A DNA stretch of 64,000 nt, taken from positions 9,216,784 through 9,280,783 of the forward strand of contig CM121341.1 in the NCBI GenBank assembly GCA_051530055.1, given 5' to 3'. Shown here piece after piece: positions 37,465 through 49,899 of the stretch. The translations under genes and the position numbers were made by a program. This DNA is from Neoechinorhynchus agilis. Taxonomy: Eukaryota > Animalia > Acanthocephala. The first letter of the stretch is position 1; each line of letters starts with the position of its first letter. The notes under the pieces were generated by a model. The model did not search any database. It had not been told where the DNA came from and worked only from the letters and a program-made list of their open reading frames with translations.

Positions 37465-37713
37465 ATTACTGGTATAAAGGAACCGAGGATTGCTACTGGC
37501 TTGAAGCTCAGACGAACCAAGCAGTATATAGAGATTTGTAAAGATGTTTAACATTTTCGTCACAGATAAGCGTTAATGGAAATTTTTTGAAATATTACGT
37601 CCCATCTAAACAATTTTGTCCTGAAAAATATGACATACAAATCAAGATAAAATCAAAAGTTAAGATCCATTCCATAAAAAACCAATTCACCCCTGATAAC
37701 ACGAGGAAGGGTT

Positions 37714-40058
37714 TTAATGCAGTTCGTTTGTGGTGAACAACTTGAAAGATTCCGATGGCCAATAAAGATACTGATTACAATCATAAATAAGTGTCCAGAT
37801 ATACGGAACAAAGAAGTTCGAGGAATTTGATTGTTCAGCGAATCGATATCGCTTTGCTTCCTCGACGGCATCAATGATTTTATTGGCTGAAAATATTGGC
37901 AGTCTATTCTTAATAAGACTCATGAGTTTCGCTGCAGATATTTCCATGCCGGTGTCTAATATCAGAACCGAAAAATAGTTGATCGTCTACAGCAAAAAAT
38001 TATTAAGTGTATGAAAAAAGAAGAATCAAACCTCATTGATTTGGTCAAGTGACTTGCTTGTACATTCCTTGATGTGCTCGTCAAGATATAAAAACAATTC
38101 TCGTTCATAGAGAAGGCAATAAATAAAATTTGGATTTTGCTTTGCCCTATAATAGGCAACCAGTGAAACATTTTCAAGTAGACTCTGAAATACAGATAAA
38201 ATCATTTCCCTTTGGCGATTTAAGACATTTGACTCCGGGTCATGTTCCGAAACATCGTTCTTAAGGCTGGCATCCTTTAATTTATTGCGAATGCAATGTA
38301 CCAATGAAAATAAGCGCTGGCAAGTGCAAATCGATATATTGCTCGACGTAATCAGAAGGTTTGACAAAATTCCGAGTGCGTTTCCAACCGTTGGAAATTG
38401 CTGCAGTTTGAAGAACGATGATTGGATGAGTCTTAAAAGTGATAGGATACACAAATCGCTAATTGTGAGTGATGAATTGCAATATCGACTTTCCAGCCAA
38501 TCTGGGTATTGACTGATTTTTGTATCTGATAAAGCGACTGTCAATATCCGGTCTTCGCTCATTATCAAAAGATTTACGACATTGAGATAAATATGATTGA
38601 GATTGAATTTGTTTGTGGTCGATAGTATCCCAACATAAATAACTTCCAGTAGAGGTAGGATAAACTGCTCAGTGTTCAGTTGGCCCAATATAAATAATCG
38701 ATTTCATTCGATCTTTAAGAAGAAATTTTTGTAAAGATCGATTGATTAAATTTTTTGTGTTTTGAAAGTAAAGCATGACACATCAGTGCACCCTCCTCCC
38801 TGCGATTTGCGCTGCATAGAAAATCGTAGAGGTCACTTGCATCAATTCCCTTACCTACATTGGAAACGTTGAGAAATTAAAGCTTAAGAGTTACAACAGG
38901 TTTTAAATTAAATTGAGGAAATAATTAACTTCGCTTATTTTCGAACAAACTTTGAATGTTGTAGAAATCAGTGGTTCGAGTAAAGAAATAAACTTTTAAA
39001 TTGAAATATTACGCTTGTAAGCAAAGGAACACTATTCATTAAAGACTGCTTCTATCGAATAGATTTTAGTTAAAATCTTTGCCAGTTTAATCCATAAAAA
39101 AGCTCATAATTGATAGTTAACACGGTTCGGTTCTATTTCTCTGAACTCCGACAAACTTACCGTTAAGTCCATTGAGAGTCGAATCCAACACGATATCAAT
39201 TGATATTGATTCAGAGAATTTCTTAAGACGATCATCGTAGAAGCAAATCAAGAAAAGGTGACCAGCCAATTTCTGAATAAGGTCATCATTACCATCTAAG
39301 CAGCATTTGCAAGTTTGAAATGGTAAAGGATACGGTGCTAGAAAAGACACAATTGCAGAAATGCTGGCTTTAAAGAGAGTATTCCCAGTAGTTATTGGAT
39401 GAACTCCTTCTAGTTGAACACTTAGAAGATTGAACAGCAGTGAAACGTCTTTTCCTTAAAAATCGTCAATGTGAAGGGAGATAGGAAAAACAAATTTACC
39501 GTTTAAAGAATCGAGAAATATTTTGTAGATCGAAGAACAGACATTCGAGTCCGTGCCAAGACGATTGCAAGCAAGAATAGTTATCAGAAGTAGAAATGTA
39601 CATGTAATGAGATATTCGCACGACTTTTCCCAACTTTCATTGTTTAATATATATACTTTGAAATGAATAAAAGGCTGAGCGAGCTACTCACTGATTACAT
39701 CGAATTATTTCAGGAGTTCGGTTGATCACTGCATTGACAATTGCTAGTATTTCGGATAGGAGACAAGGTGCATCTGTACCTAAAAACTAACATTGTGTTT
39801 TTCGGAAATTAAACTAAAAACTGACCGCATCTTAAAAATGAGGTCGAGAATTTCGAATTCTCTTTAGTTTCGATTACATGTTTTATGACAACTCGAAAAA
39901 GTATAATACTGTTCACTAGTAACCAATATTGGCTTTCGCTACCATCAATAGCTTCAGTTTTAATATGATCTCTCAATCGAATAAGAATCAATGATTCAAA
40001 AGCAATTGAGTGATTCTGATAGGCAACTTGACAAGAACGACGCAAGTCAGAAAAAGTA
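37714..40058 (-). CDS. DYM: Dymeclin, multi-exon; 5'-most exon not resolved
   Basis: WLLVNSIILFRVVIKHVIE, YLNVVNLLI, CTCQRLFSLVH, QNPNFIYCLLYERELF, RYRFAEQSNSSNFFVPYIWTLIY. GT-AG introns, e.g. 37987-38031. Confidence 0.85.
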
Positions 40059-40061
40059 CGT

Positions 40062-41168
40062 TAAAAAAGAAAGTCCTTTAGAAAAGAATTATTATTGCTT
40101 ATTCTTAAATTGTTCTCTTTGATTTAAATGTTTAAATTGATCATTTTTTCCCAAAAAATACGAACGCTTAAGCAATTTCGATTTATGACAGAATTTCAGA
40201 TTAGTCGTCGAAACTTTAGAGAGCTCGCTTAAAGAAAGTCCTTTAGAAAAGAATTATTAATGTTCATTCTTAAATTGTTCTCTTTGATTTAAATTGATCA
40301 TTTTTCCCCAAAAAATACGAACGCTTAAGCAATTTCGATTTATGACAGAATTTCAGATTAGTCGTCGGAACTTTAGAGAGCTCGCTTAAAGAAAGTCCTT
40401 TAGAAAAGAATTATTAATGTTCATTCTTAAATTGTTCTCTTTGATTTAAATTGATCATTTTTCCCCCAAAAAATACGAACGCTTAAGCAATTTCGATTTA
40501 TGACAGAATTTCAGATTAGTCGTCGAAACTATAGAGAGCTCGCTTAAAGAAAGTCCTTTAGAAAAGAATTATTAATGTTCATTCTTAAATTGTTCTCTTT
40601 GATTTAAATTGATCATTTTTCCCCCAAAAAATACGAACGCTTAAGCAATTTCGATTTATGACAGAATTTCAGATTAGTCGTCGGAACTATAGAGCTCGCT
40701 TAAAGAAAGTCCTTTAGAAAAGAATTATTAATGTTCATTCTTAAATTGTTCTCTTTGATTTAAATTGATCATTTTTCCCCAAAAAATACGAACGCTTAAG
40801 CAATTTCGATTTATGACAGAATTTCAGATTAGTCGTCGAAACTTTAGAGAGCTCGCTTAAAGAAAGTCCTTTAGAAAAGAATTATTAATGTTCATTCTTA
40901 AATTGTTCTCTTTGATTTAAATTGATCATTTTTCCCCCAAAAAATACGAACGCTTAAGCAATTTCGATTTATGACAGAATTTCAGATTAGTCGTCGAAAC
41001 TTTAGAGAGCTCGCTTAAAGAAAGTCCTTTAGAAAAGAATTATTAATGTTCATTCTTAAATTGTTCTCTTTGATTTAAATTGATCATTTTTCCCCAAAAA
41101 ATACGAACGCTTAAGCAATTTCGATTTATGACAGAATTTCAGATTAGTCGTCGAAACTATAGAGAGCT
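40062..41168. repeat. ~157-bp tandem satellite, ~7 copies
   Basis: AAAGAAAGTC at 40231, 40388, 40546, 40702, 40859, 41017. Confidence 0.95.
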
Positions 41169-41531
41169 GGATTTATAATTTTATCTAAAGGTTAATAGTG
41201 TATAGATATTCGTATTGCCAAAAAAGATGGATAATCTTCTTCAGAGTTTCTGAGATTACTGAATAAAAATAGTTATTTGTCATCGACAGAGAAAATTCTT
41301 CGGATTAGTCAAAGTATTATTTTGGTGATAAAAATCACCCGGTAATAACCTATTTGATTTTGATTTATGGGGGAAAAGGTGACCTCGCCTCATCAGTCAT
41401 TGCTTAAGTCACTTCCTTCGAAATATTTTTCCTATAAATCAGATGTGCTATTACCGGGTGATTATTATCACCAAAATAATAATAGTTATTTTTTTAATAA
41501 AAACTTTAACATTAAATAATATAAAATTTAA

Positions 41532-41660
41532 TTAAATCGTCCCCCGGACGCTGACCGCATTTCCTCGTTGGATTGCGAGGCTTATTCTTTGTATCAGGAA
41601 AATCCTCTCGCGTCGCTCCCCTGTTTGTGCTGCAAGTCGTCGTCACCCAAAGGGAATCAC
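41532..41660 (-). mobile_element. CRE-type 3'-terminal fragment
   Basis: RLAAQTGERRERIFLIQRISLAIQRGNAVSVRGTI*. Confidence 0.75.
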
Positions 41661-41728
41661 ATAAAAATCTTCGTAATTGAAAGGAATCTGAGTTCGTCTA
41701 GTAAATCACTGCAAATATACCAATGATT

Positions 41729-42099
41729 TTAAAACAAAAAATCAGCTATGGAGTTTTTGACAAAATTCCAAAGACAATAATGAGACTTCATATTTCTGTT
41801 TAATACATGAGTGCAAGCTTTCACGATAGCAGTGAAGTTCGTAAAGTTTTTACCGACAAGTTCATCAATGTCATTTCGGCAAGTTGCTTCCATATTCTTA
41901 CAAAATTCTCTAGAGGAAATAAGATTTTTCATGCTTTGTTCGTTTAAATCACTTACGGCTTTTGACAGAAAACCACTCGGATTTCAGACATTTTGAACCA
42001 CGTCGGATGACTACTACTTGCAGCCGACGATGAACAAATTTCATGAAAAACGTCGAAAGCGGCTTTAACGCCCTCTGATTGACTCTCCTGATTGCCCAT
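41729..42099 (-). CDS. HID1/dymeclin-like N-terminal fragment (MG start), 2 exons, probably truncated
   Basis: MGNQES...SSSHPTWFKM...|EFCKNME..RNDIDELVGKNFTNFTAIVKAC; GT-AG intron 41910-41956 keeps the frame. Confidence 0.55.
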
Positions 42100-43199
42100 A
42101 ATCACCACCGGATCGATTAAATGAACGTTTTGGCTTTATTAAACAACAAACGATTCTTTCGAACTGAACTCGAGCTTTTCCAATAAATATGGAATCGGCT
42201 GTTATCGGACATTGTGTTTACGACGACACTTGCAAAATTGATCAAAGGCGTACAAGATTGTGCCGAAACCAATCAGATTTCAAAAATAAAATCATTCTAA
42301 TTTCTATGCCAATCTTCAAACAAATATAGAATCGTTAAAGAGATGACTGGTTGAATCAGTGTCGAAATGTCTCGGGTGTTCAAAAGCTACCTGAATCACG
42401 ATATCAATTCTTAAATGTTACTGGCTATCTGGTCAGATTTAAGACATCTCTTCCTCGGCTTTTATGTATGGATCAATTTGCTGTGCTGTCAGGATGCAAA
42501 GTTGACTTTATTAATTGGACGATTTGAATGTATCTTAGGGATTAAATTTTTTATTCCAGCGAAAAACGTGTTGATTCTTTTTTTTCTAATAAAAGTGTTG
42601 TTTTCCACTCGAGAACTTTTGGGCAACGGCTTTCGCTTTGATATCTGCTACAAAATCAATGCAGCATTTTATCTGCTATTTTCCTTCGACCTACTCAGTA
42701 CCAAAATTGACGATTTTTGAAGCATTCTTTAAAAGTTCTCAGTTAACGAATTCCCAAGAACGTACGGTTTAAAGTTTGTAAGAATACCTCCGGATTCTCA
42801 GATACCTCCCGAGGAGGCGGAGACCGAAATCGGTTTACTGTGTGTCCATTCGGCCGCGTATGGGAAAAAAATTTCATTAGACAATTTTAATAAATAAAGC
42901 ATTTCTCATATCAAGGGCATTGTTCAAAAACTTATCTTAGTCTTGATGAAGCGTCTTTTGGACTGTCGTCAATGCTGCTTTAATTTTAAAACCATTAAAT
43001 TTTATTTATTAAAGTACAAAACGTGCAATCACCACCGTCCACAAAATTGGAGCTTCTCTCCTTCCTCAATATATCTATCAACATCGGCTATTTTCATTGG
43101 CCTATTTCTATTAAAGATAGCTATAAAAATCGAGTTAACCTTTTAATTACATTAAAAATTCTTTAATTTTTTTAAAAACTATATTTGATGTTTCAATAT

Positions 43200-43372
43200 T
43201 GCATTCGTTTTAAATATCACAGAGAGGACTCTCAATGGTAGCTCTTTTTTAATTTTAAGGAATTTCAGGTAATTTAAATTATTGTTTAGGTATTCCTTAA
43301 AATTAAAAAAGAGCTACCATTGAGAGTCCTCTCTGTGATATTTAAAACGAATGCAAAATTATTGTTTAGGTA
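43200..43372. repeat. Perfect 63-bp inverted duplication flanked by 17-bp direct repeats
   Basis: 43293-43355 is the reverse complement of 43200-43262; AAATTATTGTTTAGGTA at 43276 and 43356. Confidence 0.9.
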
Positions 43373-44835
43373 AATGATTATTTATTAAAGACGTTTCGAA
43401 CCTCGTCGGGTAATCATTGACCGCGGATGAAGACTTCTAAACAATAATTCCAATCACATTCCCCCGCCCGGTACCTCACATATCGGCATTCTCGTCTATT
43501 GAATTATCTGAATTATTTTCTATTAATTAAGACGTCAAATGTATTAGGGATCTGGGTTTATTTTCCCGAAGTATTATAGGGATCATTCCAAAAAATCAAG
43601 CAAATCCACTTTCGGAGTGAGATAATCAATTTTATTTTACATCTGAAATTTAAACATAAAATATCGGCCGTTCATCTACACCTGCTGTGTGTCACGAAAT
43701 CTCATGAATATTCCTTATCAAAAATATCATCAACTTAGACAATTGTATACCTGACGATGGGACTGATGTTATCAAAATTGAAATAATGATAAGAATAATT
43801 GACGTTCAAGCAATAAAAGCACTTGATGATAAATTTAAAAAATCAAATTAAGATATTCGTGGTATATGAATCATTAATACGTTAGACAGCGATAATCCAT
43901 CAATCACGTATATTTAAGCAGGTTTAAAAAATCAAAAGAATATTCATAAATTTTGATAAAGGATTTATCTAAATTTGGATCCCCAGGGATTCAGATGAAA
44001 GCATATCTGAAAATATGGACGTTTATTTCCAGTGATTAAAACTAATAAACAATTTTAAAGAAATTGCGGATAATCTCTTAAACACAAGAAATCAAAAATG
44101 CAAATAATGTTTCTGAAAAATAAACCGTTTCCTCCTTAGCTTTCATAATATTAATCACTACAAAAATACAAATACGATCAGCAATGGGAAATAACCGAAT
44201 TCTTATCTGCTCTTGTGATAATGGATGGAAACCAATTTCCCATTGTAATTTCTCTCAATGGGCTTCATGGTAAGTTTTCTTTAGGAGGTTTTATCAACAT
44301 CATCCATGTTCAATGACCAATGCTTATTACGTGAACGGTATCATTTAAAACACACTTTATTCATCTAACTGTCTTGTTAGGGTTTTCTGTAGATATTTAA
44401 ATTTTAATAAGATACTGACGCACGATAATCACCATCGGGTAAAGGGGTAATCTGGTTGTGCATTATGGATTAAAGGAGCCTTAAATGTGAGAATCGTTAT
44501 AGTTTCGATTAATGCGTGTTCTTATTGGCTGTAAAATGTAGGAGCGAGAACATTTTCTTCTAAAATGAGCGATGAAAGTAAAAAGAAGAGAAATTTATGA
44601 ACATTTATTTTTCGACCTTAAAAGTACACAGAAACATAACCATTTTCAACCATAAGCAATTGCTATTTTTATCCAATCAGAAAAATAGATTGACTCGTGT
44701 GTTTTTTGCCTTCAAGAATTCATTGTAAAAAGAAATTAAACAATATCCTTAATGAAACATAAGTATTAAAATAGTTTTAAATCCAATTAAGTTTAACCGT
44801 CCCCATCTGCAGATATTACTTTCAAGGAATTTCGA

Positions 44836-47450
44836 ATGAAAAATCGAGTAATACATTTAATTTTAATATTCGCCATTGCAACGATAAGATCAATTAAAAT
44901 AGAGGACCATGTTCGAGCATTCCGCCTTGATGATGTAGCGAGGACGTCCCTTCGAAGACAATCTTACGACTAACCGCTTGTGAGTTTGAACAATGTGATT
45001 ATTTATTTTGTGGGAAAGCCAATCGATCATGGAAGCAGTTAATCGATCTAAATCAGTCCACTGGAGCGCTTTCGGTCAAAAACGTTTTGGATAGAGAATA
45101 TTTGGTACATTCGCGATTATGTAATCAAGAAGATTGCATTCTACATTTTAACATTTACGATCGACAAAATCAAAGACTAGAAATTGTTGAGATGAGAGTC
45201 ATGGACGTCAACGATAATAGTCCAGTGTTCGAAAAAAATCAATACGAAATTCAAATCAGCGAGAATGTGCCAATCGGCCACACCGTTTGGCTCCCAAAGG
45301 CTCGTGATCCGGACAGCGGCGAAAATTCTCGGTTGACATATTATTTGTTCGATTGGGACGACGAATGCATCGGTATTTGCAATACGTTCTCCTATTCGAA
45401 TTTGTTTCAAATTTTGATCGGAGATGACGAATTAAAAATTCGCGGAAAATTAGACTATGAAACAAGAACAAACTATAATCTCACATTAGTTGCTTCTGAC
45501 AACGGAAATCCAAGAAGAAGCTCGTCAACAAAACTAATAATAAAAATTCTGGACGAAAACGACAATCGCCCAATTTGCAAACCAGCCATTCACAATATAA
45601 GCATTCCTGAGGACCTTGAAATTTACTCGACTATTGGAAGAGTATTTGCAACGGACGCTGATTCGCCGAGATTCGCTACTCTCAAATACGCAATCCGCGT
45701 GGTAGTCCCTCAGGAAGGCAATCAATTATTTTCGATTGATCCAGGCAATGGAACAGTTTACCTTACGGGAAAACTTGACCATGAAAAATGCTCAAATTTC
45801 AAAATCTTCGTTGCCGTATTCGACGGAAAGCATGGCGCTCCAACAACATGCAGTTTATTTGTCGAGGTAACTGATGTTTATGATAGTCCGCCGGAGTACA
45901 GCATCAGTATCTATGAACCAGAACTTTCAATAAATGGAAGACAGACAATCAGCATCCGGGAAGATTGTCTCAAAGGACATTTAGTAGCGGTCATTGATTT
46001 AAATCGGAAAGGGAACGCTTTTCCGATAACTAATTATACCGTTTCCTGGAATTGCGATGCATTAAAGGTGACTTATCACGACGAAGTTCGGAGGCATGTG
46101 ATTACCGTCAATCGTTTGGATAGAGAAGAGAAATCTCTACATGATTGTTCACTAACAATAACGGATCCATCGCCCTATAGATTAAGGACGATAGTTGAAA
46201 TGTTCGTGGAAGTGACGGACGTTAACGACAATGCGCCAGTACCAAATTTCCCAGACAGATTTTACATAACAGAGGATTTGAGGAAGTTCTCGACGGTAGC
46301 CGTATTGAATGCCACCGATGCTGATGAAGGACAAAACGGCGAATTGGTCTTTTCGATCGTCGGAAACAGCACTGAGTTCGCCGTTGATCCAAACGGCAAA
46401 CTAAAGACATTGAGGGACTTCGATAAGGAAAACGGTGATGAGTGTTTTCAATTCGCTATTAAAATAGAAGATAAAGGTAATCCTCCTTTAAGTGTCCAAA
46501 AGCACGCAGAAGTGTGCATCTTGGACGTCAATGACAATATGCCGACGTTTAAAAGCAATATCTTTGTTTTTTCAGTAAAAGAAGACATTCAAATCGGTGA
46601 AGTAATTGGCGTTATCGAAGCTGAAGATAAAGATTCGTTCAGTAATGGACAAGTCGACATTTACGCGTGTCCTCAAAAGGACAAAACTTTCGATCATGAA
46701 ACATTTCCATTTTCAATTGCATACGATGGAATTATCCGTACGAATTCCTATTTGAATTACGAAGAGCGCACTCAATACAATCTATCAGTTTGCATCAAGG
46801 ACCTCGGTTTTCCACCTCGACATGGAAAACCTGCTCAAATCGTCATTAACATAAAGAATATCAACGATCATTGTCCCCGGTTTATGTCCTTTAAACCGAC
46901 TTTCTACTTCAACCGAGACTTAAAGCAGCAAACGCCTTTATATGTAACCGTAAACGATCGAGATGGAGACGACGTCCAGATAAGAGCGTCCATTGTTTCC
47001 TTTCCTCAATTTCAATTCAGTGTTACACCTTTCATGAATCTTGGAACGGGTCAACAATTTAAAATAGAAATCAAAAAACCTTATCCGCCGTCTGAAATTT
47101 ACACAATTCGCTTGGACGCAACTGATGGCTCCTTTGATGAAAATGGCTATGAACATTGTATATCAAGTGCTTATGTTGTTCTTTTCGTGGGAACAAATGA
47201 CACTTCGAATACAAATGTAGAGGAACTCAGTGAACAATTTCTGAGGAGTTCGATAAGCAATTCTTCGAATGAAAAAAACACAAATGAATTTCAACCGAGA
47301 TTAAAGAGCGTACTTACAATGTTGTTGGTAGGCATTGTAACCTCGTTGGTATTCGCGACCTTGGCACTAGTCGTCTACTTTCGGTTTTTTCAACAAAGGA
47401 AGCAGAAACTATCGTCCGAATCAAACAAACATTTTCCAAAGTGTTACTAA
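44836..47450 (+). CDS. Protocadherin copy 1 (signal, 7 EC, TM, 22-aa tail), 1-nt frameshift at ~44936
   Basis: DRE..C....C in EC1; DxNDN linkers, LDYE, A.D.D motifs. GATGTAGCGAG versus GATGTTAGCGAG in copy 3. Confidence 0.9.
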
Positions 47451-47689
47451 CAGAAAATTTGAAATGAACTAGTTAACTGTTTTTTATGTGAATAACACGA
47501 GATATAAATTTTGTATAAACGAAGTTCAAAAACTCTTCAAAATAAATACAGCGATTTACCATGCAAAATTTTATACGTAAAAGTTGCCTAGATATCACAC
47601 AAAAACTAAGACCATCAAAAACTTCGTAAAGAACAAGTACATTTGTCATACCTTAGAAAGCATTAAGTTTTTTGCTTCGATTCCTAAAT

Positions 47690-48180
47690 GCCGGAGGCAT
47701 TTGAGGAGATAAAATTTTAAAAGTATTGTGCTTGAGGGAGATTGATGCGCGAGTCCCACTTCAAATTTGATTGAAATTGGAGACTCAGAATTCTTAGGGA
47801 GGTAACTCGTAGGATGTAATTTAGGAGCTCAGGTGATAATGTGGGGTTGCGGGAGGGAGAGAAGAGATCATTTCGAGGCATTTAGAGAAATTCAGGAGGA
47901 GTTTATGATTAGTGCAGAAATCTTTGATATGGATGATTTCGTTAGAGGTTAAGGAAAGGGAGATGAGGGGTGGTAAATGGGTGATGAGGGCGACATGGTC
48001 AGCGTGTAAGAAGAGTTTAGAGTGAGAGGAGAGAGGTTTGAAGTCGTTTAGGAAAATATTAAAGAAAAGTTGGTAATAGTACGGCGGGTGAGGGATAGGC
48101 TGGCAGAAGAGGCAGAACGGCAGTGAATGTATTGTTTGCGATTGTGAGGATAAGATTCGAGCCAGCGGATCTGCCACAAG
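47690..48180 (-). mobile_element. Degenerate LINE reverse transcriptase fragment (CR1/L2-like)
   Basis: LFFNIFLNDF, LFLHADHVALI (YADD equivalent), LLLNFSKCLEM, VTSLRILSLQFQSNLKW. Confidence 0.7.
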
Positions 48181-48254
48181 TTGAGACCTGAAGTATCTTC
48201 ACTCTTCATGATAAGTTTTATTAACGTTATTTCAAAACCTGACCAACTGCAAAA

Positions 48255-49790
48255 AACCCTCCTTAATTGAGACCGGAGGTGTCGTAATCGTTTAACCACT
48301 CAGGTCGACGTCGTATTCTCGTACTCCTTCGCAATGGGTCCGTGACATTGGATCCCCTTTCCGTCTCATTCGTTGGTTCATCATTGATGGGCTCACTGGG
48401 CGTTTGTTCCCCGTGCGGCAATTCCCCTGCCTCTGCTATGGCTACTGCTGGTCTCAGGTGATCGGCGTGTTTTCTCTCTATCCCTCTTTCGGTCCTAACT
48501 TCATAGGAAACGGGACCATTTCGATTCTCCACTCGCCCTGAACACCATCGTCGATCATGTTGCGTCTTGCACAACACCTGCTCGTCCTTCTCGAACTCCC
48601 TCCATTTTGAGCCTCGGTCGTGCTTATCCTTCCATTTTTCGTTGTTTTCCACCCTAGTGTCGTGGTCGTCCTTGTGAAGGTTATCAAATAGTACTCGAAT
48701 TGGGCGTCCGAACATCGCCACCGCAGGACTTACTCCGGTCGTCACATTTGGACTCGCATCAACTCTCACTGACAATTCCACTTGATATCCCTTGATTTTC
48801 CCCAATTCATTCCAAAACAATTTAGCATATTCCTTCTCTTGTTTCATCTCCATCTGATTTTTTGGGGATACCACACCGATCCCAATCCCTTGGTTTCCTC
48901 TCCAGATCGCATCTAACTGCACCGGAACTATACCAACAGCACATATCCAATTTAGTCCACACAATGCTCTATCCATGATTCGCACCACGGCAACTTCGAC
49001 CATGGCTCGACGTTCCTCGAATTCCACCTCCACTTGAGCAGTTCCCACAGTGTCGAGTGCCTGTCCACCATATGCTTTTAGGCGAAGACCCTCTCTAAGC
49101 GGTTTAGATCCTAATTGTGTCCAAATCCGCATCGAGACACCGGCACCGGTGTCATATTCCATCTCCACTGATCTTCCATTGACTTTAAGAATTAGCGTCC
49201 ACTTTTGGTTTTGTCGAGCAGCGTTGATGCTTCTAATCACTTCTTCCTCCTCTCCAATCTGTTTTACCTGCTTGACCTGCGATCGGAAACAATTCCGTGC
49301 AAAATGGCCAAATCTACCACAGTTGAAACATCTTCCTCCTCGGCTGTTTGGAAAGGTCCGAGAGTTTCCTCCTCGAAAAATACACGACTCGTTGCTTTTA
49401 TGAACTTTTCCACATCGATTACAGATGGTTCTTCTTCTTCGATCATCAGCATGATTCCACTTCTCGAAGTTTCTCGCCACTACCCGGTGCAACGTACCTG
49501 CATCTTCGTCCTTCGTTTGTCTTATCTCAGCTATCGCTCGTTCCATTGGGTCATCGATACAATTTTTTTTCCTATATCCCGTCTGGCCAACGGCACCTTA
49601 TCTCCGTCTCGATTCGGGCATCGTTCAAACCAATAGCGAAACGATCCCTTAACCGTTCGTCCAAGTTTTCCCCGTAGCTACAGCACACACTTAGCGTCCG
49701 CAATCGATCTGCAAACTCGTTGAAAGACTCACCATCTTTTCTATTGGCTTTCTCGACCGGAGCAGGCCCGGAAAAGGAGGGAATAGTCCA
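48255..49790 (-). mobile_element. Internally deleted Ty3/Gypsy element (gag-protease-integrase C terminus)
   Basis: GESFNEFADRLR..C.Y..L.ERLRDRF, CFNCGRFGHFARNC, DTGA, TTGVSPA.AMFGR; purine tract after the stop. Confidence 0.85.
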
Positions 49791-49899
49791 CTGAGTCGAA
49801 AGCTTTCGATAAGTCCAGTTAAATGAAACGGGTGACGTGGGAGGAATCATTATTGATGTTACGTAGGAGCGTGTCACAAATGCAAAGTAGAGCATCGGT

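Larger units (their letters stand above)
36494..37620 (+). pseudogene. Orphan-family copy split by two insertions
   Basis: Near-identical to 24348-24555 on both sides of a CRE insertion (GAAACCA | AGTACTAC), with small deletions. Confidence 0.8.

Noticed and set aside
43385-43445. CGAAACGTC (minus strand) hammerhead-like 3' half
   Set aside because: No recognisable CUGANGA core; too degenerate to call.
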